From Myxococcota bacterium (GTDB lineage: Bacteria; Myxococcota_A; SURF-8): a DNA stretch of 64,000 bases. The position numbers and the translations under genes are program-made. Below are positions 10,200 to 19,259 of this stretch, in pieces. The stretch's first letter is position 1; each line of letters begins with the position of its first letter. The stretch spans positions 1,536,001-1,600,000 of the forward strand of contig OZ223209.1 in NCBI GenBank assembly GCA_965140415.1, written 5' to 3'. The notes beneath the pieces were generated by a model. It was not told the origin of the DNA. It worked only from the letters and a program-made list of their open reading frames with translations, and did no database searches.

Positions 10200-13184
10200 G
10201 TGAAGCCCCAATGGCACCATTTTGTCGTTTTGTTGTTGTTGTACACACTAGGGTCTTTCGGGTTCTCGTTGGGGGAAACGATTGATCTGGGATTGCGTGG
10301 CGCACTCAGTGGTTTTACGAGCGCTACCTTGTTCTCTTTTTTCTGCGCCCAACTGGCCTCCAATATGACATTGGCGATTCCCGTTGCGCTGGCAGGATGG
10401 TTGATTGCCTGGCTGTTATTGCGCGTATTCGGCGGGAAGCGGGTAATATCCGGACTGATCAGTGCCTTTTTCACGATGGACCCGCAAATCGGTCCGCGCA
10501 TCGGAGCCAGATTACTGGTGGGTAGCCTGATGTCCCTACTCTTTGCCGGGGCGGTTGCCGGCATATTCTACTTTATCCTCATTACCTACCACGGCAAGGG
10601 CCTGATGGCCTCCTTCGGAGCGGCTTGGGCGCTGCTGGTCGGTCTTTTTGCGGTGATGCTCTACCAGCTTGGCTGGCGACTGTTGGCCTACATTGGAACG
10701 GCGCTAGCGAAGCGTAAGAAGTGGTTGGCTTTTATTGTTTCTGCACGTTTTTTAGTGCCGTTTCTGTTCCTGTTGGCGCTTGCCGGAGTGATTGGGGCGC
10801 TGATCTGGCAGTATGACGCCGTTAAAGTTTACGATCTGCGTATGTACATCTACATCGCATCCTTTGTGGCGGTTGGCATTGTCGGCATTGTTTTAAGCGA
10901 ACTTCATAGCGTACGGCATTTCCTCGTTCCACGTGCCTATTCCAACGTTGCATTTCTCGTAATGTTGACCGTACTGATTTTACTGCACTTCTTGACTCAG
11001 AGCGTATTGGCCCACGACATGACCGTGCGTTACGTCTTTTTCGGTCAAACAGCCTACACGCGCGAGGTGATTGCAAGTATTCAGAGTTTGGTCGATTTCG
11101 ATGGCGACGGCTATTCGATTCTCTACGGTGGTGGCGATTGCGACGATTTCAATTACGCCATCAATCCGATGGGGATCGAGATTCCCGATAACGGTATTGA
11201 TGAAAACTGCACGGCAGGTGATTACAAGTCCAGCCGGGAAAAGGTTGACACCCATCTGTTGTATCCTCGTGCCAATAATCAGCCTCCGGTGCGTAACCTA
11301 CTGGTGATTGTCATCGACGCGGTGCGCGGCGACCGGGTGTCATTTAATGGCTACAAGAAAGAAACCACCCCGAAATTGAAAAAATGGGCGGAAACACGCT
11401 GCACAAACTTCACCCACGCCTATTCACAATCGACCCGCACGGCATTCTCCACGCCGTCGCTGCTCTTCGACCGGTTGCCTTCCCATTTGGTATGGGAAGC
11501 GAATGAAGGATTATATCCGATCGTAAGCCAGGATAATATTTCGGTGGGTGAGGTCTTAAAGCAGCGCGGTTTCGACACCTTGGCGTTGACCTTGCCTGAA
11601 TACCTGGCCAAAAACATGATCGGCATGATTCAGGGGTTTGAAGATCGCAACTATTATAAGTGGGCGCCCGCCGAATTTCGAAAGGATCAGGAAACGCCTT
11701 CTTCGGGTTACTACACCGATGAGTTGATTCGGTTAATGAAAAAGCGAAACCCCGAAACCGGTAAACCGATCTTGATCTACGCTCATTACTTCGATCCGCA
11801 TGCCCAATACCGGGTTTCCAATGGATTCAGGAAATTCGGCTCCGACGCTCATGGGCGCTACCTCAGCGAAATCGCTTTCTCCGATCATCATATCGGGCGG
11901 CTATTGGATTGGATGGACGAAAACGGCTGGTTGAAGAATACTGCTGTCGCCATCACCGCCGATCACGGGGAAGCCTTTGGCGATCACCACACTTGGTTCC
12001 ATAGCAAGACTCTGTATAACGAGTTGACACATGTACCGCTATTGATCTGTGCGCCCGATACGGAGCCGCAAAAGGTGGATCAGCCGGTCGCTTTGCTGGA
12101 TATCTTTCCAACGATGCTAAACCTGGCCGGTCTGCAATCCCCCGCACATTTCGAGGGGCGCTCGCTGGTACCGTTGATTGACGGACAGCCTTTGCCGGAA
12201 GAGCCGGTTTTCTCTGAAGTTCTACCGGACAAACAAGGGCCGCAACGCATCACCGCCGCGACGACACGAGACTGGAAGTTGATTTTCGATCATTATCGCA
12301 ACTTCTATCAACTCTATGACTTGAATCGGGATTGGGAAGAACTGAACAATGTTTTCAGCGCGCGACCCGATGTCGTGTCAACCATGTTGCCGCTGGTGGA
12401 ATCGTTGATCGATCAGGAGTCCGTTACACGCGGTGAACGCAGGCAGTTGTACGTCATAGATGAACCGCCGAAGAATATGAAGCGGTTGAACGTGTCGTTC
12501 GAAGACAATGTCGATTTGATGGGATATACGGTATCCGACAAAACACCCAAGCCGGGAGAAACGATCAAGCTTACGTTGTATTGGCAGGCGCGGGGATTGA
12601 TTTCGATCAGCTATAAAATCAAAACGCATATTGTTGGAAAGAAAAGCGGTAAAACCTATCGTATCAATGCCAGCCATTCACCGGCGAAAAACGACTACCC
12701 TACGAAAATCTGGTTGAAAGGGGAAATCGTTGTTGATGAAATGGACATTACCATCCCCAGTGACTGGCCGAATGTGACTCCGACCGTATGGGTCGGGGTT
12801 TACCGAAAGCACCTGCTCGATTTTACGTTGAACGATGTCAAGCTTCGGCGTAGCAAAAACAAATCCGTGGCAGCGTTCAAGTTGAAGGTGCGCAAATACA
12901 AGTACAAGTCTGCATCCAAGGACGACGAAGAAGATCCTGACGATGACGAATCGGTGGATGAAGACGGGAACCCCATTGAGGAAGACGAAGAGAAAGATTC
13001 CGCTTCGAAAGCCAGCTCCAAGAAAGAAACGTCATCCACTTTGAAACCGAGTAAACTGAAAATGCCGGATATGAAACTGCGCAACAATCGGTTCCCCGGC
13101 AAGGCGTACAACTCTTCGAAGAGCAAAGACAAGAAAAGAAAAGCGGATTCCACCAAGCCGAAAACGAAAGATGAAAATCGGTAA
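10200..13184 (+). CDS. Polytopic membrane sulfatase-like hydrolase/transferase (alkaline phosphatase superfamily) with metal-binding repeat and charged C-terminal tail
   Basis: Many TM helices in the first ~270 aa; DFDGDG..GDCDD..INP..EIPDNGIDENC motif; IVIDAVRGD, HYFDPH, TADHGE. Confidence 0.85.
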   Translation: MKPQWHHFVVLLLLYTLGSFGFSLGETIDLGLRGALSGFTSATLFSFFCAQLASNMTLAIPVALAGWLIAWLLLRVFGGKRVISGLISAFFTMDPQIGPRIGARLLVGSLMSLLFAGAVAGIFYFILITYHGKGLMASFGAAWALLVGLFAVMLYQLGWRLLAYIGTALAKRKKWLAFIVSARFLVPFLFLLALAGVIGALIWQYDAVKVYDLRMYIYIASFVAVGIVGIVLSELHSVRHFLVPRAYSNVAFLVMLTVLILLHFLTQSVLAHDMTVRYVFFGQTAYTREVIASIQSLVDFDGDGYSILYGGGDCDDFNYAINPMGIEIPDNGIDENCTAGDYKSSREKVDTHLLYPRANNQPPVRNLLVIVIDAVRGDRVSFNGYKKETTPKLKKWAETRCTNFTHAYSQSTRTAFSTPSLLFDRLPSHLVWEANEGLYPIVSQDNISVGEVLKQRGFDTLALTLPEYLAKNMIGMIQGFEDRNYYKWAPAEFRKDQETPSSGYYTDELIRLMKKRNPETGKPILIYAHYFDPHAQYRVSNGFRKFGSDAHGRYLSEIAFSDHHIGRLLDWMDENGWLKNTAVAITADHGEAFGDHHTWFHSKTLYNELTHVPLLICAPDTEPQKVDQPVALLDIFPTMLNLAGLQSPAHFEGRSLVPLIDGQPLPEEPVFSEVLPDKQGPQRITAATTRDWKLIFDHYRNFYQLYDLNRDWEELNNVFSARPDVVSTMLPLVESLIDQESVTRGERRQLYVIDEPPKNMKRLNVSFEDNVDLMGYTVSDKTPKPGETIKLTLYWQARGLISISYKIKTHIVGKKSGKTYRINASHSPAKNDYPTKIWLKGEIVVDEMDITIPSDWPNVTPTVWVGVYRKHLLDFTLNDVKLRRSKNKSVAAFKLKVRKYKYKSASKDDEEDPDDDESVDEDGNPIEEDEEKDSASKASSKKETSSTLKPSKLKMPDMKLRNNRFPGKAYNSSKSKDKKRKADSTKPKTKDENR

Positions 13185-13199
13185 AGATAACGATTGAAT

Positions 13200-13730
13200 T
13201 CAGGGTGTGAAATTCTCGCAGGTGACGGAATCACCAGTTTGCAGTCCCCATTTTTTGGCTTGGCCTGCATTGATTTCCAATACATATTGCGATGGGGTTG
13301 GAACACGCAGCGACGTTGTGTCCAGCGGCTGGGCGTCTTTAACGATGCCTACAATCTGCAAGTCTTTGGAGATAAAGAGAATGTCCAGGGGAATGTAGGT
13401 GTCTTTCATCCAGAAACTCTGAATTCTCTCACTTGGAAAAACGAAGAACATCCCATGATCGTCGGGAAGTGAGGTCCGTTGCATCAAGCCGATTGCGCGC
13501 TCCTGTTCACTGCGTGCCAACTCCACCTGGTAGACAATCCGCCGACCTTCCGACGTTTCAATCGCTACCTGGGCGTTTGTCGGGTCGGATTCGAATGCAT
13601 CCTGATCCGAGGCGTGTTTGATTTCCGGTGTCGAGTTGCAGGCAAAAAACAGACTCACCATAATCACCAGCATTCTGAAAGAGAATTGCAAGAAGTAATC
13701 CGTTCGATTTTTCGTAGCTTGACCGAACAT
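13200..13730 (-). CDS. DUF192 family putative lipoprotein (start could be 13673)
   Basis: ERAIGLMQR, GMFFVF, FWMKDTYIPLDILF, YVLEINAG; lipobox-like LFFAC. Confidence 0.9.
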   Translation of the reverse strand: MFGQATKNRTDYFLQFSFRMLVIMVSLFFACNSTPEIKHASDQDAFESDPTNAQVAIETSEGRRIVYQVELARSEQERAIGLMQRTSLPDDHGMFFVFPSERIQSFWMKDTYIPLDILFISKDLQIVGIVKDAQPLDTTSLRVPTPSQYVLEINAGQAKKWGLQTGDSVTCENFTP

Positions 13731-13875
13731 GTTATTAAGTGAGCCCTTTTGCTGCCGTTACGTTGTTCGTTTCAACGACCCTTATACCGCAGCCTGGAGA
13801 ATTTGGCCAGCACTCATCCTATAAAGAAAAGTGAAAAGAACCAGGCCACATACGCTGTGTTGGCTTGATCGTTCT

Positions 13876-15189
13876 TTATGCCACTCGTTTTGTGTCGGGC
13901 TGTTTGAGATGAACGGCCGTTCGCCACCCTTTGAATGCGACAGTCAATGCATAGTAAACCGTGATCGTCCATAAACCGGCATATACCGCATCGAAAAGAA
14001 CGAAGGGCACTAAAAGCCACATGTTTGTATTTCGACGGCTTCCGATCAATCTGAAACGGCGTTCGAGCGGACCGAAGTCGTCCAATTGAACGTGGCGTTT
14101 CAGCTTGAAAATATAGCCGTTCAGCACCTCAATACCATGCAGAATGAACAAGATCGTAAATAAGGTGTAGGGAACGGTTCCAAAAGCACCGCTATTCACC
14201 AGCCAATATGCAATGGCTCCATACCAGCCGTATTCGTAAATACGGTCGGACAATTCCTCGAACTTGCCGATTTTCGTCATCATTACTTTAACTCTGGCCT
14301 GTTTGCCGTCCAGCCCGTCTACGATTCCCGCAACAAGGGCCAGAATAAGACCGAGCAGCATGTGTCCATAGGCGAAAGCGGCGATACCCGCAAAGGCAAT
14401 GGCGATGTTGATCAGCGTGATTTGATTGGGAGTGACGGGAAATTCGCACAAATAGAAGGTAATGGCTTTTTCTATCGGTCGATGTATATACCATGCTGGC
14501 CAGTCTAAAACGGATTTCTGTGCGCGATCCAATAGTTTTCTTTTGGCCACGGAATTATCGGCACTGGATTTGATTGGAAACCAAAGGCAACTGTTTTCGC
14601 GCCGCATGTCGTAGTCATACTGGCTTAGCTTGGAAACATCGACCAGTGCTTCCGGGTGTTCGCTTAAAATTGCGGACAGATACTGTCCAAGCCATTTATT
14701 TCCCAAACCAGGATTCATATCTTCATAGTAGCCAGCCGGAAGATAGGCCAATCCATAGAAATAGTAGGATTCTTCAGATTGTGTGACTTGCAGGGCTTCG
14801 TCACCGATTCCAGGTGCGACGGATGTCTTGCGAATCAGTGGAATTCCTGCCTTGGCATTCGAACTGACGCCCTGGGGTAACTGATAGTCGTAAATACTGG
14901 CTCCATCACAAAGAAAGAAACCCTCATCATTCTGCCCGATGAATGACTTCGGAAGATCCTCGTCCTGTGAAACCGAGTGTAGGGTGACTTTCAGGCCAAG
15001 CGAGTTGAGCCTGTGGGAAACCTTCTTGATCGGTTCGGAGTAACTATCCGTGATGACGAGAAGTTCATCGACATCGTTTTGCCGCAGTATTCTGGCCTGG
15101 CGTTCAAGAATGGAGATACCGCCGATATGTATAAGAGCTAGAAGGTTTCCGTCAGCATCATAGCGTGTGCATAGAATGATTCCCTTCAT
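13876..15189 (-). CDS. CDP-alcohol phosphotransferase with N-terminal nucleotidyltransferase-like domain (IPCT/DIPPS-like architecture)
   Basis: VTPNQIT, DGLDGKQAR and TM helices in the C-terminal half; N-terminus MKGIIL..ALIHIGGISILERQ resembles an NTP-transferase fold. Confidence 0.8.
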   Translation of the reverse strand: MKGIILCTRYDADGNLLALIHIGGISILERQARILRQNDVDELLVITDSYSEPIKKVSHRLNSLGLKVTLHSVSQDEDLPKSFIGQNDEGFFLCDGASIYDYQLPQGVSSNAKAGIPLIRKTSVAPGIGDEALQVTQSEESYYFYGLAYLPAGYYEDMNPGLGNKWLGQYLSAILSEHPEALVDVSKLSQYDYDMRRENSCLWFPIKSSADNSVAKRKLLDRAQKSVLDWPAWYIHRPIEKAITFYLCEFPVTPNQITLINIAIAFAGIAAFAYGHMLLGLILALVAGIVDGLDGKQARVKVMMTKIGKFEELSDRIYEYGWYGAIAYWLVNSGAFGTVPYTLFTILFILHGIEVLNGYIFKLKRHVQLDDFGPLERRFRLIGSRRNTNMWLLVPFVLFDAVYAGLWTITVYYALTVAFKGWRTAVHLKQPDTKRVA

Positions 15190-15270
15190 CTTTGTTCTCC
15201 TCTACCGAGTGGTTTACCACCGGGAATGTCGTGTGAGTTTTCTTTTTAGTGTGTTCGAAAATTCAGCTTT

Positions 15271-16236
15271 CTAAGTTTCTGCCGGTATTTCCGGTCTTTT
15301 CCTGCCGTTGGGTTGGTTGGTCAGGAAGTAAATGGCGGCTTCCCATAAGAAGCCGACGTTGTATTTGAATTCGCAGTTGGAAAAGCTGGGCCAGAACAGA
15401 TTGCAGGTGCTGCAAGGGGGCGTTTGCTTTCTTTTGTTGGTACGATGCTGCTGCTTCATTCTCCTGGCTTCATCGCTGTTGAACACTTCGAGAACCGAGT
15501 GTGTATTTAGATCACCCCAGCCGTATTTTCCTTCCTGGTCCATGCAGCACAGGGTCGACTTGCCACTGGAAAGGATGTCCAGCCGGGTGATATGCTCGCA
15601 GGGATAGCCGGGGGAGGGCAACGTGCTTTGAACGTCGCCTTTGTAGTTGAACAGTCCGACGATGAACGGCTTGACGCCTACTCGATGGCAGTACTCAATA
15701 AATTGATCTTGCATGAACAAAGTCTGACGGTTCGTTCGTGTCATTCTGAACGTGATGTTTTTTGCAACGCGTGATTTCCGTTTCGAATCCGTCAGGTAAG
15801 CTAGGTTGGAAAGCGTTTTCTCCAGATTGAGGCCCATTTCTTCCTTGTAGACTTTGGAATCCAATGTGTTCAGGCTGATAAACAGATGATCGATACCGAG
15901 ATCGACCATTTCATCGATTCGTTTCGGCGTCATCAGGTAGGCGTTGGAATACAGGCGCAACTTCGTTTTCGGTAGTTTGCGGCGGATGTGTTCCATCCTG
16001 GAGATGATTTTCGGGTCCATGAAGGGTTCGCCATTCAAAAACGGTTCGATGGCTGGCAGCGGAAACCGGGTGCAGTCATCGACGATCTTTTCGAACAGGT
16101 CGTCGCTCATGGTTTTTCGATCACGAGCCAGTCTTGAATTGGGGCAAAAAGAACATGTTGCATTGCAACGATTGGTCGTTTCAATCGAGACGAGTCGTGG
16201 AATTTCGGTCATGGATCGCGATGTCATGTTTTGCAT
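15271..16236 (-). CDS. Radical SAM protein with SPASM/twitch domain
   Basis: ETTNRCNATCSFC (CxxxCxxC), NGEPF, C-terminal C...G...CC...CSTC. Confidence 0.92.
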   Translation of the reverse strand: MQNMTSRSMTEIPRLVSIETTNRCNATCSFCPNSRLARDRKTMSDDLFEKIVDDCTRFPLPAIEPFLNGEPFMDPKIISRMEHIRRKLPKTKLRLYSNAYLMTPKRIDEMVDLGIDHLFISLNTLDSKVYKEEMGLNLEKTLSNLAYLTDSKRKSRVAKNITFRMTRTNRQTLFMQDQFIEYCHRVGVKPFIVGLFNYKGDVQSTLPSPGYPCEHITRLDILSSGKSTLCCMDQEGKYGWGDLNTHSVLEVFNSDEARRMKQQHRTNKRKQTPPCSTCNLFWPSFSNCEFKYNVGFLWEAAIYFLTNQPNGRKRPEIPAET

Positions 16237-16908
16237 ATGAAAGCTCCATGGTTAGTTGAATTTCCTCTCCTTGAGCTCTGTTGTTCCCGATGCCGCTAGT
16301 CGTCAAGGAATCGATTTGATATCCATACCGATCGTTCATGAAATTTTTCGTGAGTCATTACTTTCAATATAGTAAACTGTACCGAGTAGTTTCGTCAATC
16401 CTTGTTGTTTAGAGTCGGCTCGAACAGATCGGATGGCACAAAATATTGAAAAAGAATGATGAACTTCATGCCGGGGATAACCAAAATGGCTAAATATTTC
16501 AGTGATAACAGTTTGTTAGGTGGGTTGTTACCGCGTGAAAAAAGTCCAATCTTATAGAGTGGTTTGCAGTCTGGAAGATATTAATTGCGATTTGAGACGG
16601 AGTTCAGCATTATTGCACTTGAGTTGGGAATATATACCGTTGAGTGTAAGGTTATAACAAGAGACGGCTGCTTCTGTAAGTTACTGTAAGCGCAGTCGTT
16701 CTCGTTTCGTATTAACTTTCATGAAATCAGGGAAGGAAATAAAAAGTAAACTGGCTGGTCCGCATAAATGAAATGGCCGTGATTTAAGATCTTTCTTTAA
16801 CGATTTCAAATAGCTTGCCGGATAAACAAAACATGAAAAAATCGTGACAAGCTTATGGAACTATGAAATGATAGCACTCCTGTTTAGAGGTTTGATCTTG
16901 GAGGAGAT

Positions 16909-18528
16909 GTGCGCCGCAAACAATGGTTGATCATCTTGGGGATGCTTGTAACACTGCCACTGCTTGGTTTTTGTGCAGATGCGGCGGCGTCTGATGGAAC
17001 CCATGTTTCGCAGGCCGAAGCCAAAGTGCTACCCAACGCCGAGCAAGTCGCCGTAAGCGCGCAAATGGAAGAAGAAGAAGAGGATTGGGGCGATGATTGG
17101 GACGATCCGGATTGGGGGATGGATAATGGCAAACCCAAGGATGTACCCCCGGAGCAGATCTATGACCTGACCCGTTGCATCGAAATCGCGATGGAACGAA
17201 ATCAGGCCATCAAAGCCGCCAATTGGGACGTTCAATATTACGATGCCAAAGCCAGCGAAGCCTGGTGGGCATGGTTCCCATCGATTTCCTTCCGTTCCCT
17301 TATTGCGCCCGCTCCCGATTACAGCGATGCACCCGATCCCAGCGATATGCAGGCTTTTTTGAACTATCGCAGTGGAGATTGGTGGGATTTCAATAGTGTG
17401 ATCTGGGGTAACCGCGCCAGCCTAACGATGCCGCTTTACACCTTCGGAAAAATTCGCAGTGTTCGAAAGATGGGCCCGTTGGCCAAGCATGGTGGCCGTC
17501 TCCAGCGGCGTGTCATCAAGGGACGCATCGCTCATGAAGTCAAACGCGCCTATTACACCCTGCAATTCACCAATCGTATGAACGATTCGCTGGATGAGGC
17601 GATACACTATCTGGAAGAGGCTGAATCCAAGCTCGACCGATTGCTGGAGAAAGGTTCGGAGTCCGTTAGCGATACCGATCGCTACGAGTTGGAAGTGGTA
17701 CGGGTGGATATCGAGGCGCGTAAAGCCGAAGCCAAGCGCAGTACCTATTTGTTGCATCGGGCGTTGCAGGAGTTGATGAATTTACCCAAGAATACGCCCT
17801 TGTACCTGGATCACCGGATTCTGCAAAGTCCAACAGCCAATCCGGCTTTGAAGACGTTTGAAGGCGCTCAGAAAGCGATGGAGCTGAAGAGGCCGGAATA
17901 TGAGTTGTTGGACCTCGATGTCAAACTCAAGCAAAAGGAAGCGGATCGGAAATTTGCGGACTACTTCCCGAATTTCTTTTTACGCCTGCAATATGATTAC
18001 GTTTATTCTCCTGAAATCCAGGATTTGAAACATCCCTATTTAAACGATCCATACAACGTCAACAGCTTTACCGGCTTTATCGGTTTGCAGTATGACCTCG
18101 ATTTCAACCGCATCATTCCGCAAAACAGGCAGGCAGAAGCCAAACTGCACAAAAGCCAGCACATGCGGGACTTCAAACGCGGGATGATGTCGCTGGAACT
18201 GGAACAAGCCTACGAGAAATACTTAGAAAAACTCGAGCAGGTAAAGATCAATGAAAACGGCATGATCGCAGGGAAAAAATGGATGGTCGCCGAGTGGATC
18301 CGCTACGATGTCGGCACCACCAGCACTTCCGATCTGGTCAAGGCCGTGGCGGCTTATTTCAAAACCCAGTTCTACTATCACGCTGCGGTGCACGCCGTGT
18401 ATCTGGCGGAGTCCAAGCTGCAATTCCTGATGGGCGTTGAACTGGAAGAACTGGCCGGCCCCCAGGAGAGACTGTTTTTAGAGGCGGATGACGTGCCGGA
18501 AGAAACACCGCTGCCGGATCTGCCTTAA
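16909..18528 (+). CDS. TolC family outer-membrane protein
   Basis: Signal peptide, CIEIAMERN, WFPSISF, MPLYTFGK, repeated second half (KRPEY...YFPNFFL); GGAGG RBS, GTG start. Confidence 0.85.
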   Translation: MRRKQWLIILGMLVTLPLLGFCADAAASDGTHVSQAEAKVLPNAEQVAVSAQMEEEEEDWGDDWDDPDWGMDNGKPKDVPPEQIYDLTRCIEIAMERNQAIKAANWDVQYYDAKASEAWWAWFPSISFRSLIAPAPDYSDAPDPSDMQAFLNYRSGDWWDFNSVIWGNRASLTMPLYTFGKIRSVRKMGPLAKHGGRLQRRVIKGRIAHEVKRAYYTLQFTNRMNDSLDEAIHYLEEAESKLDRLLEKGSESVSDTDRYELEVVRVDIEARKAEAKRSTYLLHRALQELMNLPKNTPLYLDHRILQSPTANPALKTFEGAQKAMELKRPEYELLDLDVKLKQKEADRKFADYFPNFFLRLQYDYVYSPEIQDLKHPYLNDPYNVNSFTGFIGLQYDLDFNRIIPQNRQAEAKLHKSQHMRDFKRGMMSLELEQAYEKYLEKLEQVKINENGMIAGKKWMVAEWIRYDVGTTSTSDLVKAVAAYFKTQFYYHAAVHAVYLAESKLQFLMGVELEELAGPQERLFLEADDVPEETPLPDLP

Positions 18529-18542
18529 CATCACGAGGTGTC

Positions 18543-19238
18543 ATGATGCGTTCAATAGCTTCATATTGCGTTTTGTTTATCGTTTTTGTTTTCGTGCTTG
18601 GTTTTTCACCTGCTGCCCAGGCCGGACCGGCTTTGGAAATGATGACGGCGAAGGAAAAGACCATCCGCAATTTACTTGCGACGCCGACCGTGAAAGGCAC
18701 GGAAGCGCACCTGAAAAAGGAAACCACGCTTCGAAGCGTCATAAACGAAATGTTCGATTTCGAAGAGCTTGGCAAACGCGCGTTGATCTTCCACTGGGAC
18801 AGCCTGACGCCGGAGCAGCGCATCGATTTTCTGGGTACGCTGCAAGCACTGATCGAGAAAAACTACCTGCTGCGTATTGCCGGCTCGACCACCTATAAAC
18901 TCAAGTGGTTCGGAGAGGCTCCGGTTCCGGATGAGGATTACACGGTGGTGCGTTTCAAATTGAAAAGCGGAAACTACAAGGCAGCCATTCAATTCCGTAC
19001 GATTGTCAAAAACGGCAAGCCGGTCATTTTCGATATGCTGATCGACGATGTCAGCTTGATGGAGAACTACCGTTCCCAGTTCAATAAAATCATCCGCAAA
19101 GACGGTTTTAATGAACTGATGGCCAAGATGAAGCGCAAGCTAGGTGAGATGGATGCTCCTGCCGGTGGAAAGATCGGCAATGACTCCTTCGACAAGCCGG
19201 CGGCGCCTGCTCCTACAGCCCCTGCGGCCACTCCGTAG
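18543..19238 (+). CDS. mlaC: MlaC/Ttg2D family periplasmic lipid-binding protein
   Basis: FDFEELGKRAL..W, DMLIDDVSLMENYRSQFNKII; signal peptide. Confidence 0.85.
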   Translation: MMRSIASYCVLFIVFVFVLGFSPAAQAGPALEMMTAKEKTIRNLLATPTVKGTEAHLKKETTLRSVINEMFDFEELGKRALIFHWDSLTPEQRIDFLGTLQALIEKNYLLRIAGSTTYKLKWFGEAPVPDEDYTVVRFKLKSGNYKAAIQFRTIVKNGKPVIFDMLIDDVSLMENYRSQFNKIIRKDGFNELMAKMKRKLGEMDAPAGGKIGNDSFDKPAAPAPTAPAATP

Positions 19239-19259
19239 CGTCGTTTGCCATTTCAAATT

